Part shown: piece after piece, positions 50,506 to 63,818 of the stretch
Position numbering within the stretch: the first letter of the stretch is position 1
How the letters are laid out: every line of letters starts with the position of its first letter
NCBI GenBank assembly: GCA_976551045.1
Contig: CDPCPM010000076.1
Span: forward strand, 19,406,001 to 19,470,000
From: Glaucostegus cemiculus
Taxonomy: Eukaryota
Direction: 5' to 3'
DNA: 64,000 bases
The notes under the pieces: generated by a model
The model's input: the letters and a program-made list of their open reading frames with translations, nothing else
Databases searched by the model: none
Told to the model about the DNA's origin: nothing
Program-made: the position numbers and the translations under genes

Positions 50506-52907
50506 AACCAATTCAAATGGACCTAGCCTCCAAGTAGAGGTAGGAGCTCACATATTAAGAACCAGTTAGGATACCTATTCTTTAGAATTCTGTGCGGCCA
50601 CTATAAGGTATTGAGTGCCTAAAACACCCCAGTACTTTGAGCACAGTGTTTTTGGACTTTTATCCTAGTCTGCACATTTTAAATGCAGCAGATCAAGAAA
50701 GTGAATCACCATCACCATTCAGGGATGAACAATTTACTCTGACTCTGCAAACTATCCCTGAATATCAAAAAAATAGAATAAATAATTAAAAAAAATAAGT
50801 TCACACCACAAGGGATCCCCATCACCTCTTGGTGTATGCACAAGCAAACAGTATCAAAGTTCATCAAATGAAATGACTCTACTTAATAGAAAAAAATGAC
50901 CTGTGATGTGATTGAGGTCTGGGAACAAAATAACACAGCTGTTTTAACATCTGTGTAAAATAGTTGCTGCGTGAATAAAATAGTTGCTGCTTCAAGCTAT
51001 ATCCTCAGAATTAAGACAACATTGTTGTTATTGCAGTATTCCCAGCAACTGATTGTTTCTGGGTTATCTGAGTTTCTGTTGAATAAGTAAAATTATTGAA
51101 ACTTGTTGGATGCTTCCTGAAGATGTGCTGCATCATTTGCCAATGACAGTCCAGCTACAGTTGCTGGAGAACTCCTTAATATTAAGCTGTGGGTTTTCTT
51201 TCAAGCACTGCTCTGTTCTCAGGAAGAGGATTGGGGCAGTCATTGCAGATAGACGAAATGGCATCTTTATCTTGGTCTCTTAAATAATTCCATTTGAGGA
51301 TACCAGCCAACAGCAACAATGACCTCCAAAGGAAGCCATTATTGAACCCTGCACAATCCTACTCACATACTTCGAGCCCAGGTATAAATAAAGATGCAAA
51401 GGCCAGAGACTGCCTGTGTTGGAGCTGCTTTAAACCTTTAGGAAATAGGCCACTTCCAGGCAATGGAGTAGCTTTCTTGTCATATTTTATGACCTTCATC
51501 ATACCATCACCTTTCAGAAACACACACAGTCACTGGAAGATCATGTAAACTCCACACAGACATCACCCGAGGTCATAACTGAAGTGGTTCCTGGAGCTGC
51601 GATGCTTTTTACATACTGAAAGCAAGTCACCAATTTCATTATTATCCAAATCATCATATTTATGGTTGGAGTTTTCTAAAATTATATACTTCTGAGAATA
51701 GTGAAGGCTTTGATGTTATCTTGATTCTTCAACTGTTGAGCCAAGCATTTTAATTCAGCTTGATGACCTGACATACAGGCATCTTATTTCCAGTATGAAA
51801 CAGATAAAAATTAGAAAGAGGCATGCTGCTTTCCCATCATTTGGCAAGATTCCTACATGGCAAGGATGGAAATTATTGGACTTGGATGGCTCTACTGGCC
51901 CCTTGTTTAATTTATTAGGAGATCAGACTACCATAGCATAGAATTACAGTAGTCCGCAATGTAGAAACAAAATCATGCTTAATAATACGGATTGACCTGG
52001 TCTCCTAATTAATGATCTTGAAGGATTTTTGGAAGACTCCAGGGGTGGCTTACAGGTGGCAAGGAGCTGCAGTACAATTATGGGTCATTACAAGCATTTA
52101 GGCGAGGAACAACATGGTCCATGAATCCATTGATTTAATTACAAAATATTGTGGGAAATCTGAAACAGTGGTGGCAATTTTTAGTTTCATAATTTTGTCA
52201 GTAAGCTAACATATCAGTTTGCATGTTCATTATAGAATATCAGACATATTAATTTTCCATTTCAGGTTCTATATCTGCATTGATAAAAGCTATTTTTACC
52301 TTTACTTCAACAGTGGGAATTTCCAAAGATACTGTCCCACTCAGTTGGTGTATCTTTGTCAGGAGGTTGTGAAAGCCTCAATTTTCAAAGTTTCTGGAAT
52401 TGTCACACTATTTCTACTTAAATTACAGCAGCTGATTAGGAGAATTTGAAAATATTGGTTCTCTGTTTCAGATCAATATCAACTGCTGTAAAACTGGGTC
52501 AAAAGGAACTATATATAACTATTTGCAATACTAAGTCAAAATGTTGAAGGCTTTGAAATTTCTCCTATTTCTTTGACTGTTGCGCCAAGCTTTTTAATTC
52601 AGCTTGCTGACCTTACATACAGGCTGCTCTTAGTGGAACAAAGCTTCTGGATCTTTGGCTAGGGTATTGATTTGACCAAACCACAAGTAGTTCCTGTTAC
52701 ATTTTTCAGTGGTTTTGCATCCCTCATGCTTAGCATATGTGCAGCTGCAGAGAATATTTTTCTTGATAGATTTTTCTGGCATGTTTTTCTCAGTTTGTCA
52801 AATGAAAATGTTAACTCTTTGCTGAGTTACAGTATCTTAATCAAGATACCAGGTGTTATGTTCAAAATATCATAGTAATTGGTAATTGGTTTATTATTGT
52901 CATATAT

Positions 52908-54207
52908 ACCTATTGGAGAGGATTCTTAGGGATAGGATTTATGAGCATTTGGACAACCACAGCCTAATTAGGAATAGCCAGCATTGGTTTGTACAGGTCA
53001 AGTCATGTCTTACTAACTTGATTGAGCGTTTCAAGGAGGTGACAAAAGTGACTGATGAAGGTAGAGCTGTGGATATTGTCTGCATGGATTTTAGTAAGGC
53101 ATTTGACAAGGTCCCTCATGGGAGGCTCATCAGAAAATTAAGATGGTTGGGATCCAAGGTGATTTGGCCATTTGGATTCAGAATTGGCTTGCCCACAGAA
53201 GACAGAGGGTAGTAGTTGATGGGACTTATTCTGGCTGGAGGTCCATGACTGGTGGTGTTCTGCAGGGATCCATACTGGGATCTCTGCTGTTTATGATTAT
53301 ATATAAATGACCTGGATGAAAATGCATATAGGTGAGTTAGTAAGTTCACAAACAATACAAAGATTGGTGGTGTTGTAGATAGTGCAGAAGACTGTCAAAG
53401 GATACAGTGGGATATAGATCTGTTGCAGATATTGGCAGAGAAAGGGCAGATGAAGTTTAATCTGGCCAAGTGTGAGGTGTTGCACTTTGGGACATCAAAA
53501 ATAAAAGGACAGTATATTGTTAATGGCAAGACCTTAACAGTGTTGATGTATTGAGGGATCATATCCATAGCTCCCTGAAAGTGGCTGCACAGGTTGATAG
53601 ACTGGTAAAGAAGATCTATGGTATGCTTGCCTTTATTAGTCAAGGCATTAAGTTCAAGGGTCAGGAAGTTACGTTGCAGCTTTATAAACCTCTAGTTAAG
53701 CCGCACCTGGTGAATTGCATTCAATTCTGGTCACCCCATTATACGAAGGATGTCGAGGCTTTGGAGATGGTGCAGTAGGGGTTTACCAGGATGTTGCCTG
53801 GATTGGAGGGTATGTGCTATGAGGAGAGGTTGGACAAACTTGGGTTGTTTTCTCTGGAGCAGTGAATGCTGAGGGGAGATCTGATAGAGGTGTATAAGAC
53901 TACGACGGGCATGAATGGAGGAAACAGCCAGTATCTTTTTCCCAGGGTCGAGTTGTCAAATGCCAGAGGGTATGCATTTAAAGTGAGGGGGTTAAATTCA
54001 AAGGAACTGTGTGGGGCAAGTTTTTAGTGTGGTGGGTGCCTGGAATGTGCTGCCTGGGGTGGTGGTGAAGGCAAATATGATGCTTAAGAGGCTCTTAGAT
54101 AGGCACATGAATGTGCAGAGAATGAAGGGATAGGGACGTTGTGTAGACAGAAGGAAATGGTTTAGTTAGGCATTTAATTACTAGTTTAATTAGTTTGGCA
54201 CAACATG
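52908..54207 (+). mobile_element. 5'-truncated CR1 LINE (RT to 3' UTR), abutting a 35-bp antisense Rex tail
   Basis: LLERILRDRIYEHL...MDFSKAFDKVPHGRL and LYKPLVKPHL; GTAATTGGTAATTGGTTTATTATTGTC at 52876. Confidence 0.93.
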
Positions 54208-54329
54208 GAAGAATGAATTACATAGCTTTAACATTGGTATGCCTTGAAGAAAATGCACATTTCCCTGTACTATTTTAACTGTGCTGTAGGTTCATATTGG
54301 CAATGCGCTTAATATATTGTTTACTTTCT

Positions 54330-54700
54330 TATTACAGCATTGAAGGAGACCATTCAGCCCATTGGGTCTGTTCTGGTGTCAGAATGGAAGTCCCAGCAGT
54401 ACCATTACGCATCCTTTTCTCCTGTGGTCCTGCAACTTATTCTCTCCATTTGCCCATCAACTTCCCTTTGGTTCTTTTGGTCACTTTCCTACACTAAAGG
54501 ACAATTTACTGTAGCTACTAAACTTACCAGCACAGCTTTATGATGTGGGAGGAAATCAGAAGTAGATATCTTGTCATATTTTCCATGCTTCATCATATGG
54601 TAAGCATGTTGAAACCTACATCGCCATGTAGAGAACATGAAAGTTCCACCCACTCAGCACCCAAGGTCAGGATCAAACCCACGGTTCTGAAGCTATGAGG
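54330..54700 (-). mobile_element. Old V-SINE
   Basis: CATTCAGCCCATTGGGTC tail, ATGTGGGAGGAAATCAGA V-domain and CAAGGTCAGGATCAAACCC head. Confidence 0.7.
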
Positions 54701-55984
54701 ATTTTTCATACTGAAAGCAAATCATTTATTTAATTATCCAAAGCTTTATTCTAATGACTGGATTTTTCTAAAATCATTTACTTGACTGAATTTTAAACCT
54801 CATGCATGGGGCAAAGTTGCAACACACAGTGACATAATTAGATTGGATGATTGGCAAATAGAGTGGCTCGATGTTTTCCTTGAAATAACACTTTAAAGGT
54901 CCATGTTGTCTGGTGAAATACCTGCAAGAATTGGATTTGCTATGCTTTGTAATCTCTAAACTGTTTTATTTCTTAACATTGCTTTGATTTATGCTGTGCT
55001 TAACCCAATGTCTTGTTCTGCTTGGCTGGTGCTATTGCATAACTTAAGGAAGTCAAGTAAATGGGAGCTTTGCCAATGTGAAAGACTACAATATTTAGAT
55101 AAGCTGGAGTGGCCCAGGGTATTTAGGAGAAAATGGGACACACAGGAGAAAGTGGGGTTGGAGGAAGAAACAGTGCTAGACCATCAGGAATGGAAAATAA
55201 AGGACAATATTAAAACTTAAGTAACCCAGAACAAGTAAGCTCAGCTTTATTTCTGAATTTCTCCATACCCCTCTTTAAAAGAATTATTCCTCAAGAGGCA
55301 TGATTTCCTGCAAGTGTTGAACATCCTGTTGCTCAGTCTTCATAGTTGACTATTGAAAATGAATGCTGACACACTGTTTGATTAGGAGAGAGAGAATGAA
55401 AGTCAAATATAATTCTCTGTTCATTCAGTGTCCAAGTTTATATATTTTCTAATACCAGTCACTGGACAATAATCAGGAACAAGAACTGTGGCAGTTTGCC
55501 AGCACATGTTGTATTGCTGCCCTGGCTGAGTTCAGCTTCACTGTGATTCACACCCTCGTAGTTTTACTTTTTTGAAATGATTTGATTCACATCTACTATT
55601 TTGAATGCTGTAAAATTCACTTAAAATGCACCAGTGAGCTTAGTTACTTTGTGTAGCATTTAGTTTTGAGTTAGTGAGATTACCTCTGATTTTAGGCATT
55701 CAGCAATCCGCAATCTGAGACTGCAGAGGACTATTATTCTCACTGTCTATTAAAGGTAATGTATGACTATAAAGTATTTTCAAAGAGACCACTTTAACTG
55801 ATGACTGTTGAAGCTACTATTGAGATGGATGTAAGACTCTGAAAGCAAGATAGTAAGAGCCTTGTTCTTACGTCCTATGGCTCAATCTATTACATAAGAG
55901 ATAATGTTTTGTGCAATTTTAATCTAAGCCTGCAGCAGCTTGCCTTCCTGTCAGTGTGTTGCTTAACGAGATACTGTTATTGTG

Positions 55985-56043
55985 CTCTCTCGCTTTCTCC
56001 CTCTATCTCTCTCTCTCCCTCTCTCTTGCTATCTCTTTTCTCT
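55985..56043 (+). repeat. Imperfect (CT)n microsatellite
   Basis: CTCTCTCGCTTTCTCCCTCTATCTCTCTCTCTCCCTCTCTC. Confidence 0.9.
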
Positions 56044-58541
56044 GTATATTTATAAGATATCCATGTTCTATTTCTCCATGTAACTAGAGAATATTTTTTG
56101 GCAAGACTTGGAATTCTCAAACTCCTACATTTGGAAGGGAAGTTGGTCACATTCCCAGCCTGTGTAAACATCAGTGATTAATGCAATGGAAAGAGCGTTA
56201 GGGGTAATTTCTCTCCAGCTCTTCCTTTTTGTTCCTTCTCTTTCACATGCACTAACCCACACATTTGCAACTGCATCTCTGAGCAGCAAATGGAGTAAAT
56301 GAGTTCTATATGCATTCTGACTGCTGATAATTTCTCAGAGATAGCGAGAGATTTGGGGCATTTTGTGTGAACTGTTGACAGCATCTCAGCTACGGATATC
56401 AGATACAGCTACAAATAACACCGTAAGTACCGATGGAAGTCTTGGAACTGTCAGATTTATTGTCTAATTGGTTAACTTGCCTGAAATCTGTTCTTTGGAG
56501 TTAGCATTACTGCTGTGAGATTAATTTGTGCCGTTAAGTTTTGTTGTTGAGGAAAATGGTTACCATATTTATTTCAAGATGTTATATGAATGGATTTGCA
56601 TTTTTCTGGATCTGAGTATGCATTTCTGATGAGCTAATAATATAACTGTCTTTACTTCTGTGGGATATTAAGTAGCTTGATCTTGTTGATAAAACCTACA
56701 GTTCCAATGCTTGTAGTTTCTGGTCGGTATTAAAATCTAGTAGAAATGGAAACGTTACTAACATTGAAATGTAATAATCTAAAAGGCTTTACTCATTATA
56801 TCCATTCTAGATAATTGTAAATCTAGCAAAAACAAATTTGCATTGTGTAACGTTCTCCCAACCTAAAAATATATTCCATTACTTGCCATTGACCAAGCTA
56901 TCAATAACAGGGCTGCAGTGTGAGCAAAGTTGTTCTACTATCTCTAAGTGTAAATTCAATGGCAGTGTGATGAGTCCTTATGTATTCAAGAAGTGTGAAA
57001 GATGCAAGGGGTTCTGTTCACCAGCTCTGTAGCAAAATATGAATACCCAGAGCTTAATAAACCAACAACATATTATGCTCATGAAAACGTAGGTAAACAG
57101 ATGTCAAGAAATGATTAAGAAACCTTTTTCAGTTAGCAGGAAGACCTGATCTCACATTTTGTGCACTTTTTATAATGATTGGGTTTCTATGTTAGACAAT
57201 GGAATCCAGCACAACTAACACCCAACAACTTGCAATTATTAATTAATGTAAGAAAGTGACCCAAAGTACTAAATCATTCAGTTGAAGTGTATAAGGGAGA
57301 AAGCCATGTATTAGGTTAATCCTTGATGGGGAGAATGGGGAAATCAGTGCTATAAAAGCTTGAATCTTGCTGTGTGACTGAAAAGAGCTACACCATCAGT
57401 TTGCCACCAAAGACAGTAAAGACTGAGCAGCAGCTGTTGGCATTAGCTACAGTTCCTTCTGCCAGTGTTCATATTGGTGTGGTTTGTATAATTGACCTTT
57501 ACCTTCCTTTTATCCTTAACAATTTTATTTTATCATTGGGTACTTCCGACACATTGGATGTAGTATTTCAAGGAGAACTATGCATTCAGATGAAATTTGT
57601 TTTGCACTCTAAATGGTTCTTGTGACACAGGAGGTCCAGCATTTTATAGGACCACTTTAAATATATCTCCAGAATGTGATGACTTAAGTTGTTAATATCA
57701 AACTGTCCTCATAAAATAAACATCTTCTGAATGGAAGCCTTCTATGTTTATACTGTGGGAGAGGGTTGAGATAACCAAAAGAGCTGTATGTTGCTATGGT
57801 TAAACTGAGAACATGCAAGTTACACTGATGTGACCTGGCCTCAATTATGTGCTGTCATGCCATGATATGTTTGCATGCAAGCATAGTCTTAGTAATTCTG
57901 AGACAAGATCGGGACCTTTCAAGGGATAAGCATGTGACTGTTAGAGAATAGAAAGGAACCTTGGTATTCATTTGTGTCTGAAGACCATTTCTTTATCTCA
58001 GAGTAATCTTCTGGATTTGCAATAAAGGCAATAAGCTAATTTTTCTTCTTAGCTGCTTGCTGTGCCTGTGTGTTCACTTCTCCTGTTTCAGGGACAAATA
58101 CACCATCAGACTTATACACGCAAACATTTACAAGTTTCTCACTGCTTTAAAATAAATCACTTTCTATTGTTCCCACTAAAGCAAATGACTTTATTTTCTA
58201 TTTCTTTTTATTTCATCTGTTATCTTCTTGACCACTTGCATAACCCACCTCTGTCCTTTGTGTCCTTCTTACGGGTTACACTCTGTCTTTCCATCAAAGT
58301 CAATGGGTTGAATTGTGCTGAACCCAGCTTGCTACCTGCAATGTTCTATGCTTACTTTTTTCTGGTCCCATGAGTCCATCGTTTAAGAGGCCTCATTGCT
58401 GTGGCATAGGGCGAAGTGGGCCATGGGCAGAAGCTAGCTCTCAGACCATGGATCCCGAGGCTACACTCTTGACTGCCATATTGGCTTTTTGACAGCTGGC
58501 TGCTATCAAAGGCCATTGAACTGATTTTAGATGTGCCTGAA

Positions 58542-59043
58542 CCACTACTTTTCAATGGTCTTCTCAAACTATATCATGTTTAAACTTAGAAAAAATTAGG
58601 AGTGGTGCTGCTGATTCTTCACTTAAATTTGAGGAAGTTTGGAGTCCATTCATTAAATATTTTCATATGACATATATCACTTTTCAATAATTTTTGGACT
58701 TAGAGGAGTGGATTTGACGACATAATAATGCCCTTTGTTCATTGAGAAATATCAGTCCAGTTTCTTTTTTAAAAAAAATTTTTTAGTATGTTTCATTTTA
58801 TTACTAATATTTTTGTCAATTTGTTTTTTTTATACAACAAATCTTTTTTTTTCTCTTTTTGATTTTTTTTGGTAATATATTTGTGTACTAAGAAACCATG
58901 GGGCCTAGAATATTTTTGTTATTCTTTATGACTATATATGTTATGATTGTCCTCCCGATCTCTTTGTATTATGTGTATAATTACCAATGGTATATGTATT
59001 AATCTGTATTAATTTGAAATTAATAAAAAAAGATCGAAAAAAA
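58542..59043 (+). mobile_element. 5'-truncated L1-clade LINE with 13-bp TSD
   Basis: TTFQWSSQTISCLNLEKIR...KFEEVWSPFIKYF resembles a fish L1 ORF2 end; T-rich UTR, AATAAA and A tail; AGATGTGCCTGAA (58529-58541) and AGATATGCCTGAA (59044-59056). Confidence 0.85.
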
Positions 59044-59519
59044 AGATATGCCTGAAAACAATTTGAAGGGATTTAAGTAATTTAAAACATTAAAATAACA
59101 AATTGATTTAAAACATGATTAAAGTAAATTAAAAGTGTGCAATAAATAATAAAAATTTTACTAGTTTTCCAATTAAAGTCAATTACTCCACTCCAGTTCT
59201 ATGTCCATTTCTGATATGAAGCTGAGGAACCAGATGTAAGAGTCCTGTCGGAAGCTATATACACCAGTATCTAATCTTGGCTCATTAGCAAACTGCAAAT
59301 GAAAGTCAAAGCTGAGCTGATTATGAAGAGCACCTCATTGATGGTCCCTGTGGAAAGGCTACCAAAAGATCAGTATCTTTTAGCCATTAAAATGAACTGA
59401 GAATGTCAATGGATCCAGTACAGATCTGATGGCACTCCACTGATAAGTCTTCCAATCTAAAAATGTTTTTCCTTTTCTCTACTTTCTGTCCTCTAATCTA
59501 TCCTGTGCAATAACCTTTA

Positions 59520-59680
59520 GATACATAATGTCATACAGCACAGAAACAGGCCCTTCAACCACCAGGTGCATGCCAACCATTAAGTACCCATCCATACTAA
59601 TACTATATGTGAGCACTTAGTCCATTGTCTTCTAAGTATTGGCACTTCAAGTGCTTATCCAGATACTTCTTAAATTTCTT
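59520..59680 (-). mobile_element. CR1 3' end
   Basis: TCATACAGCACAGAAACAGGCCCTTCAACC...ATCCAGATACTTCTTAAAT. Confidence 0.8.
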
Positions 59681-61658
59681 GTGAAAATCCAAAAACACCA
59701 TATCCTTACCTCCCTCCCCAACTACTAACTTGGAAATTTCACAGTATAAATAGGTCAAACAATAAAAAAGACCAAAAATGTTTTTGTTTATTTATCTGGA
59801 GATTTAGAATTGAAGAGATGAACATACAAGCCAGTAGGAATATAATTCGCTATTTTGTTCACCATTTTAAATTAAAGTTAAGAAGGCAATACAAATGGTG
59901 CTGCATAAATTCAGTAAGATAGTAACAAAGAACACGCATAAAATGATTAAGAAATTGGAGACTTCAGAGATTTTATAAATTAACTAAATCTTATTCATCA
60001 AGGTTGTGGAAAATTATATTAAGGCTATTTCTGAGAACTTGCTTCCACTGACTAATAAAATGATGTTGAGTACCATCAAGAAATAAAGGGAATGTTCTAA
60101 AACATTCAAAGAAATGTTTTGCCACAACTCATCTCAAACCAGTATATATAGAGTCTTTTAAAATGAAAATAATTGATTTTTTGATATGTCATCTTCTGTT
60201 TCTGCTCTACATTTCAAGAATGCAGAATCCTATGCAAGTTACACAGATGTGGTTTTGTTGGCAAGGAGTAAGTTGTGACCCAGCTTTGATGGTAAATGTT
60301 GATAGGTGTTGCTGAAGAACACCATGGGTTTGTAGATAGATGAATAATGAGTATAATTCTAAACTATGAAAATTGGGTTTGATCTGTGAGCTCTGCAGTT
60401 ATTTTTGGCTGTGCCACCAATGATGGGACTTAATAAGTAAATATGATGGTCAAAATCAGAATGGAGATTGTTATTCAATGCCTTGTTCTTCTTTGCATAC
60501 TTAATTTGATCAGGTAATTACAGGATACATCTTATTATATCCCCTGCATTGGAATATCCCATCTACATTCAGTATTTATGAGAATCAGCCTCTTGTTGAT
60601 TGGTTGTGGGAAATATGGAGTTATTACCTTCAGGAAATGGTGTAGAAATTAGAACACCTACACTTTGGTCATTAAGATATTGATTAAAAAGTAAAAGTAA
60701 ACTGCATTCAAATTTTTGAACCTTCATCTTGTATCAGTTGATTCAACCATTTTAAATGTATGCAACAAGTCAGCTAATTAGACCCTAAATATTAATGACT
60801 TTTCTGTTTGATACTTCACATGTATGGCCATTTCTTCTGTATTCCTCTGTGGTGACAATGATATCAGCTGTTAATTCCAGGCTAGTTTTCCCCAAATGTC
60901 AGGTCAATAATATTGAAGCAAACCAATGGCAACAAGCAAACTCATCTGATTTAATGGCAATGTTGGAATATGTGACCACAAGGATTCTGCTTTAACATGA
61001 TTTGCATCTTAAACACTGATTTTTAACTGGCATCTGCACTAAATCCAAAGACCACATAGAATTAAGAGCCTCATAAACATGCAAAGAAATTGCATAGTTA
61101 AGTTCCAATAGAATGTTAATGTGAAGTCACCTTGATTTCTGGAGCCTCCTGAAATATACTGTGGAAAATAGAGTTGGGGAAGGAAGATATCGGGGAAGTA
61201 AGCTCATCTGAGTTGGTCAGAAGGAATGTACATTTGAAAATGTACTTTTATAATTGAAGAAAAGGTTATCTATGCATATACAATATTATAAATGTTATAA
61301 TTACTTTAAGAACTAGTGGTTGTAAAAAAAACCACAGCAATTCATTATGGCTGTAAAAGAAATGGTTAGTTGTTAATGCTGAATGTTTTGATCAGCAATA
61401 AATGCCACTTGGCAACTCAAAATCTGTCAAGATCCCAAACCGAAAACAAGTAAATTAAGAGGAACTTCAGTAAACAGCAATTACACGTAATGACCTCCGA
61501 TTCTATTTATATTACAGTCTAAGATGTTTAAACAAGGGAAAAGAAAACCCACAGGGCCAGTAATTAGTTTAATTTATCTCTATGAACAGGAAATATTTCA
61601 TTTTGTTAAAGAGATATTGACCTCCACCTTAGCCGTTGAATAATGTACTGTGTGATCA

Positions 61659-62303
61659 TCAAGTCAAGTTTATTGTCATGTGCACAACTACGGTGAGGTA
61701 CAGGTACAATGAAGAACTTACTTGCAGCAACATCAGAGACAACACACAACACATAAATTATATAAGGTAGTGAAGAGAAAAAAAGACTTTCTCTTTGTCC
61801 TTATGTCCTGCTTCTGCGCACAGTCAGACACAAGTCCATAGCAGTGCAAGAGGTGGTCCGTAGTGTTCCATTGTTCAGGTAGGATTAATGTCATGCAGGT
61901 CAGCTCAAGAACCTGATAGTTGTAGGAAAGCAGCTGCTCCTGAACCTGGTGGTGTGGGACTTTAAGCTTCTGTACCTTCTGCATGACAGTAGCAGTAACA
62001 AGATAGCATGACCCGGATGGTGGGGATCCTTGATGTTAGATGCCACCTTCTTGAGGCAACACCTCCTGTCGATGCTGTCAATGGTGGGGAGGGCTGTGCC
62101 CATCATGGACCGGGTGGTGCCCATTACTCTCTGCTACTCTTACATTCCTGTGCATTGGAATTGCCATGGTGCAACCAGTAAGGATACTTTCAACAGTGCA
62201 TCAGTGGAAGTTTGCCAGAGTATTTGGTGGCATGCCAAATCTCCTTCAGCTTCTAGGATGCCTTCTGTGTGATTGCATCTCAGTGCTGGGCCCAGGACAG
62301 GTC
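61659..62303 (-). mobile_element. Rex1/Babar-like LINE 3' part, (ACTTG)n tail subfamily
   Basis: CLKKVASNIKDPHHPGHA...TTRFRSSCFPTTIRFL; TCAAGTCAAGTTTATTGTC terminus. Confidence 0.9.
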
Positions 62304-62439
62304 ATAATCCTCCTATCTGATTTGTATTCTCTCATGGGATGTTGCAAGACCAAATATAATGCCCTCCTCTGGTAGCCCTTAAGCTGTTCTCTTGAATTTT
62401 TGTGGTTTGCATGGTGAAGCTCTTAGAGGTTGGGCACAA

Positions 62440-62660
62440 CCGAGTGGCATTCTTGGCCAATGCAGAGGGCAGAAAATAGTTGGGCAGATTGCCAATTAGG
62501 TTAGGGCAGCAGATTTTCTTCCCTAAGGGACAGTAATGAACTAGAAGTGGTTTTACAACAATTCAGTATTTCTATGGTCACTATCACCATTACTAGCCTG
62601 CTCTTCTGGATTTATTTAATTAACAGAATTTAGGCTCTCCAGCTGCAGTGAAGAATTTGC
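62440..62660 (-). mobile_element. Old tRNA-derived SINE fragment (28660/44083 family)
   Basis: GCAGATTTTCTTCCCTAAGGGACAGTAATGAACTAGA...TTTTACAACAAT core. Confidence 0.65.
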
Positions 62661-62679
62661 CTTTATGCCTCCAAATATG

Positions 62680-63309
62680 TGATGTATACATAAGTGACTT
62701 GGATGAAAATGTGGATGGGTGGGTTAGTAAGTTTGCAGATGACACAAAGATCAGCGGCATTGTGGATAAGATAGAAGATTGCCAAAGGATACAGTGGGAT
62801 ATAGATCAGTTGCAGATATGGCAGAGAAATGGCAGATAGAGTTTAATGCATCCAAGTGTGAGGTGTTGCACTTTGGAGTTCAAATGTAAAGGGAAAGTAC
62901 ACAGTTAATGGCAGACCCTTAACAGTGTTGATCTGCAGAGGGATCTTGGGATCCAAGTCCAGAGATTTCTGAAAGTGGCCGCAGAAATAGATAGGGTCGT
63001 AAATAAGGTATTTGGCATGCTTGTCTTTATTGAATGAAGCATTGAGTTCAAGGATGAGAGTCAGAAAGTTATGTTGCAGCTTTATAGAACTCTGGTTAGG
63101 CCACATCTGGAGTATTGCATTCAATGCTGATCACCACATTAAAGGAAAAATGCAAAGGCTTTGGAGAAGGTGCAGAAGAGGTTTACCAGGAAGCTGCCTG
63201 GATTAGAGGGCAGGTGCTATAACGAGAAGTTGGACAAACTAGAGTTGTTTTCTCTGGAGTGGTGATGGCTGAGGGAAGACCTGATAAAAGTTTATAAAGT
63301 TATGAGAGG
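62680..63309 (+). mobile_element. CR1 RT fragment, abruptly 3'-truncated
   Basis: YISDLDENVDGWVSKFADDTKI...DLIKVYKVMRG, after which homology is lost. Confidence 0.92.
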
Positions 63310-63463
63310 TAGGTCATCCCCACCAGCAGTATCCAAAAATGGTATACTTATTGTTGATGGGAACAACCACAGGCATGCTCCACTCTCTTTGTCTATACCC
63401 CTTCCCCAACAGTCACCCAGCTACCTGTCTCATGACTGTTAGGGGTGACTATCTCCCTGAAAT
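63308..63463 (-). repeat. Inverted near-identical copy of 34546-34701 (CR1 ORF1 linker region)
   Basis: 152 of 156 nt identical, no indels. Confidence 0.96.
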
Positions 63464-63818
63464 ACCAGCCACCATACATGGCCTTCTTGTTCATTTGCCA
63501 AATTTGATTTTAATGGATGGCCCTTATTGAATAATTCCTGTATAAAGTGTGATTTGTTCACACTTCACCAACTGGGCATTGGAGCAGGGGAAACTGCATA
63601 GTAACAGAAGAAAAGGAACAAAAACTGAATGGAATTGTGAGAGAGACAAGAACACCACAGGGTTAGAATTGGATTGGAGGAAAAAAATTAGATTGCAGCA
63701 CTGTGAGAGTGAGATTGCAAGGAGTTGTGGAGGAGATGCTGCAAATCCATAACAAGCCTGCAAATGAGGTGAGACCTAAAGTAAATGATTCTCGTGATTC
63801 ATTGCTTTTTTTTCCCAC

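Larger units (their letters stand above)
51467..54783 (+). repeat. Two interleaved local duplications: A 51467-51691 / A' 54561-54783 and B 51702-51780 / B' 52545-52624
   Basis: A shares TCTTGTCATATTTT, a SINE head, CATACTGAAAGCAA and TTTTCTAAAAT; the B core matches at 45 of 49 nt. Confidence 0.85.

Noticed and set aside
34546-63463. 29-kb inversion with duplicated breakpoints
   Set aside because: The donor CR1 is collinear on both sides of 34546-34701, so it is not a breakpoint.
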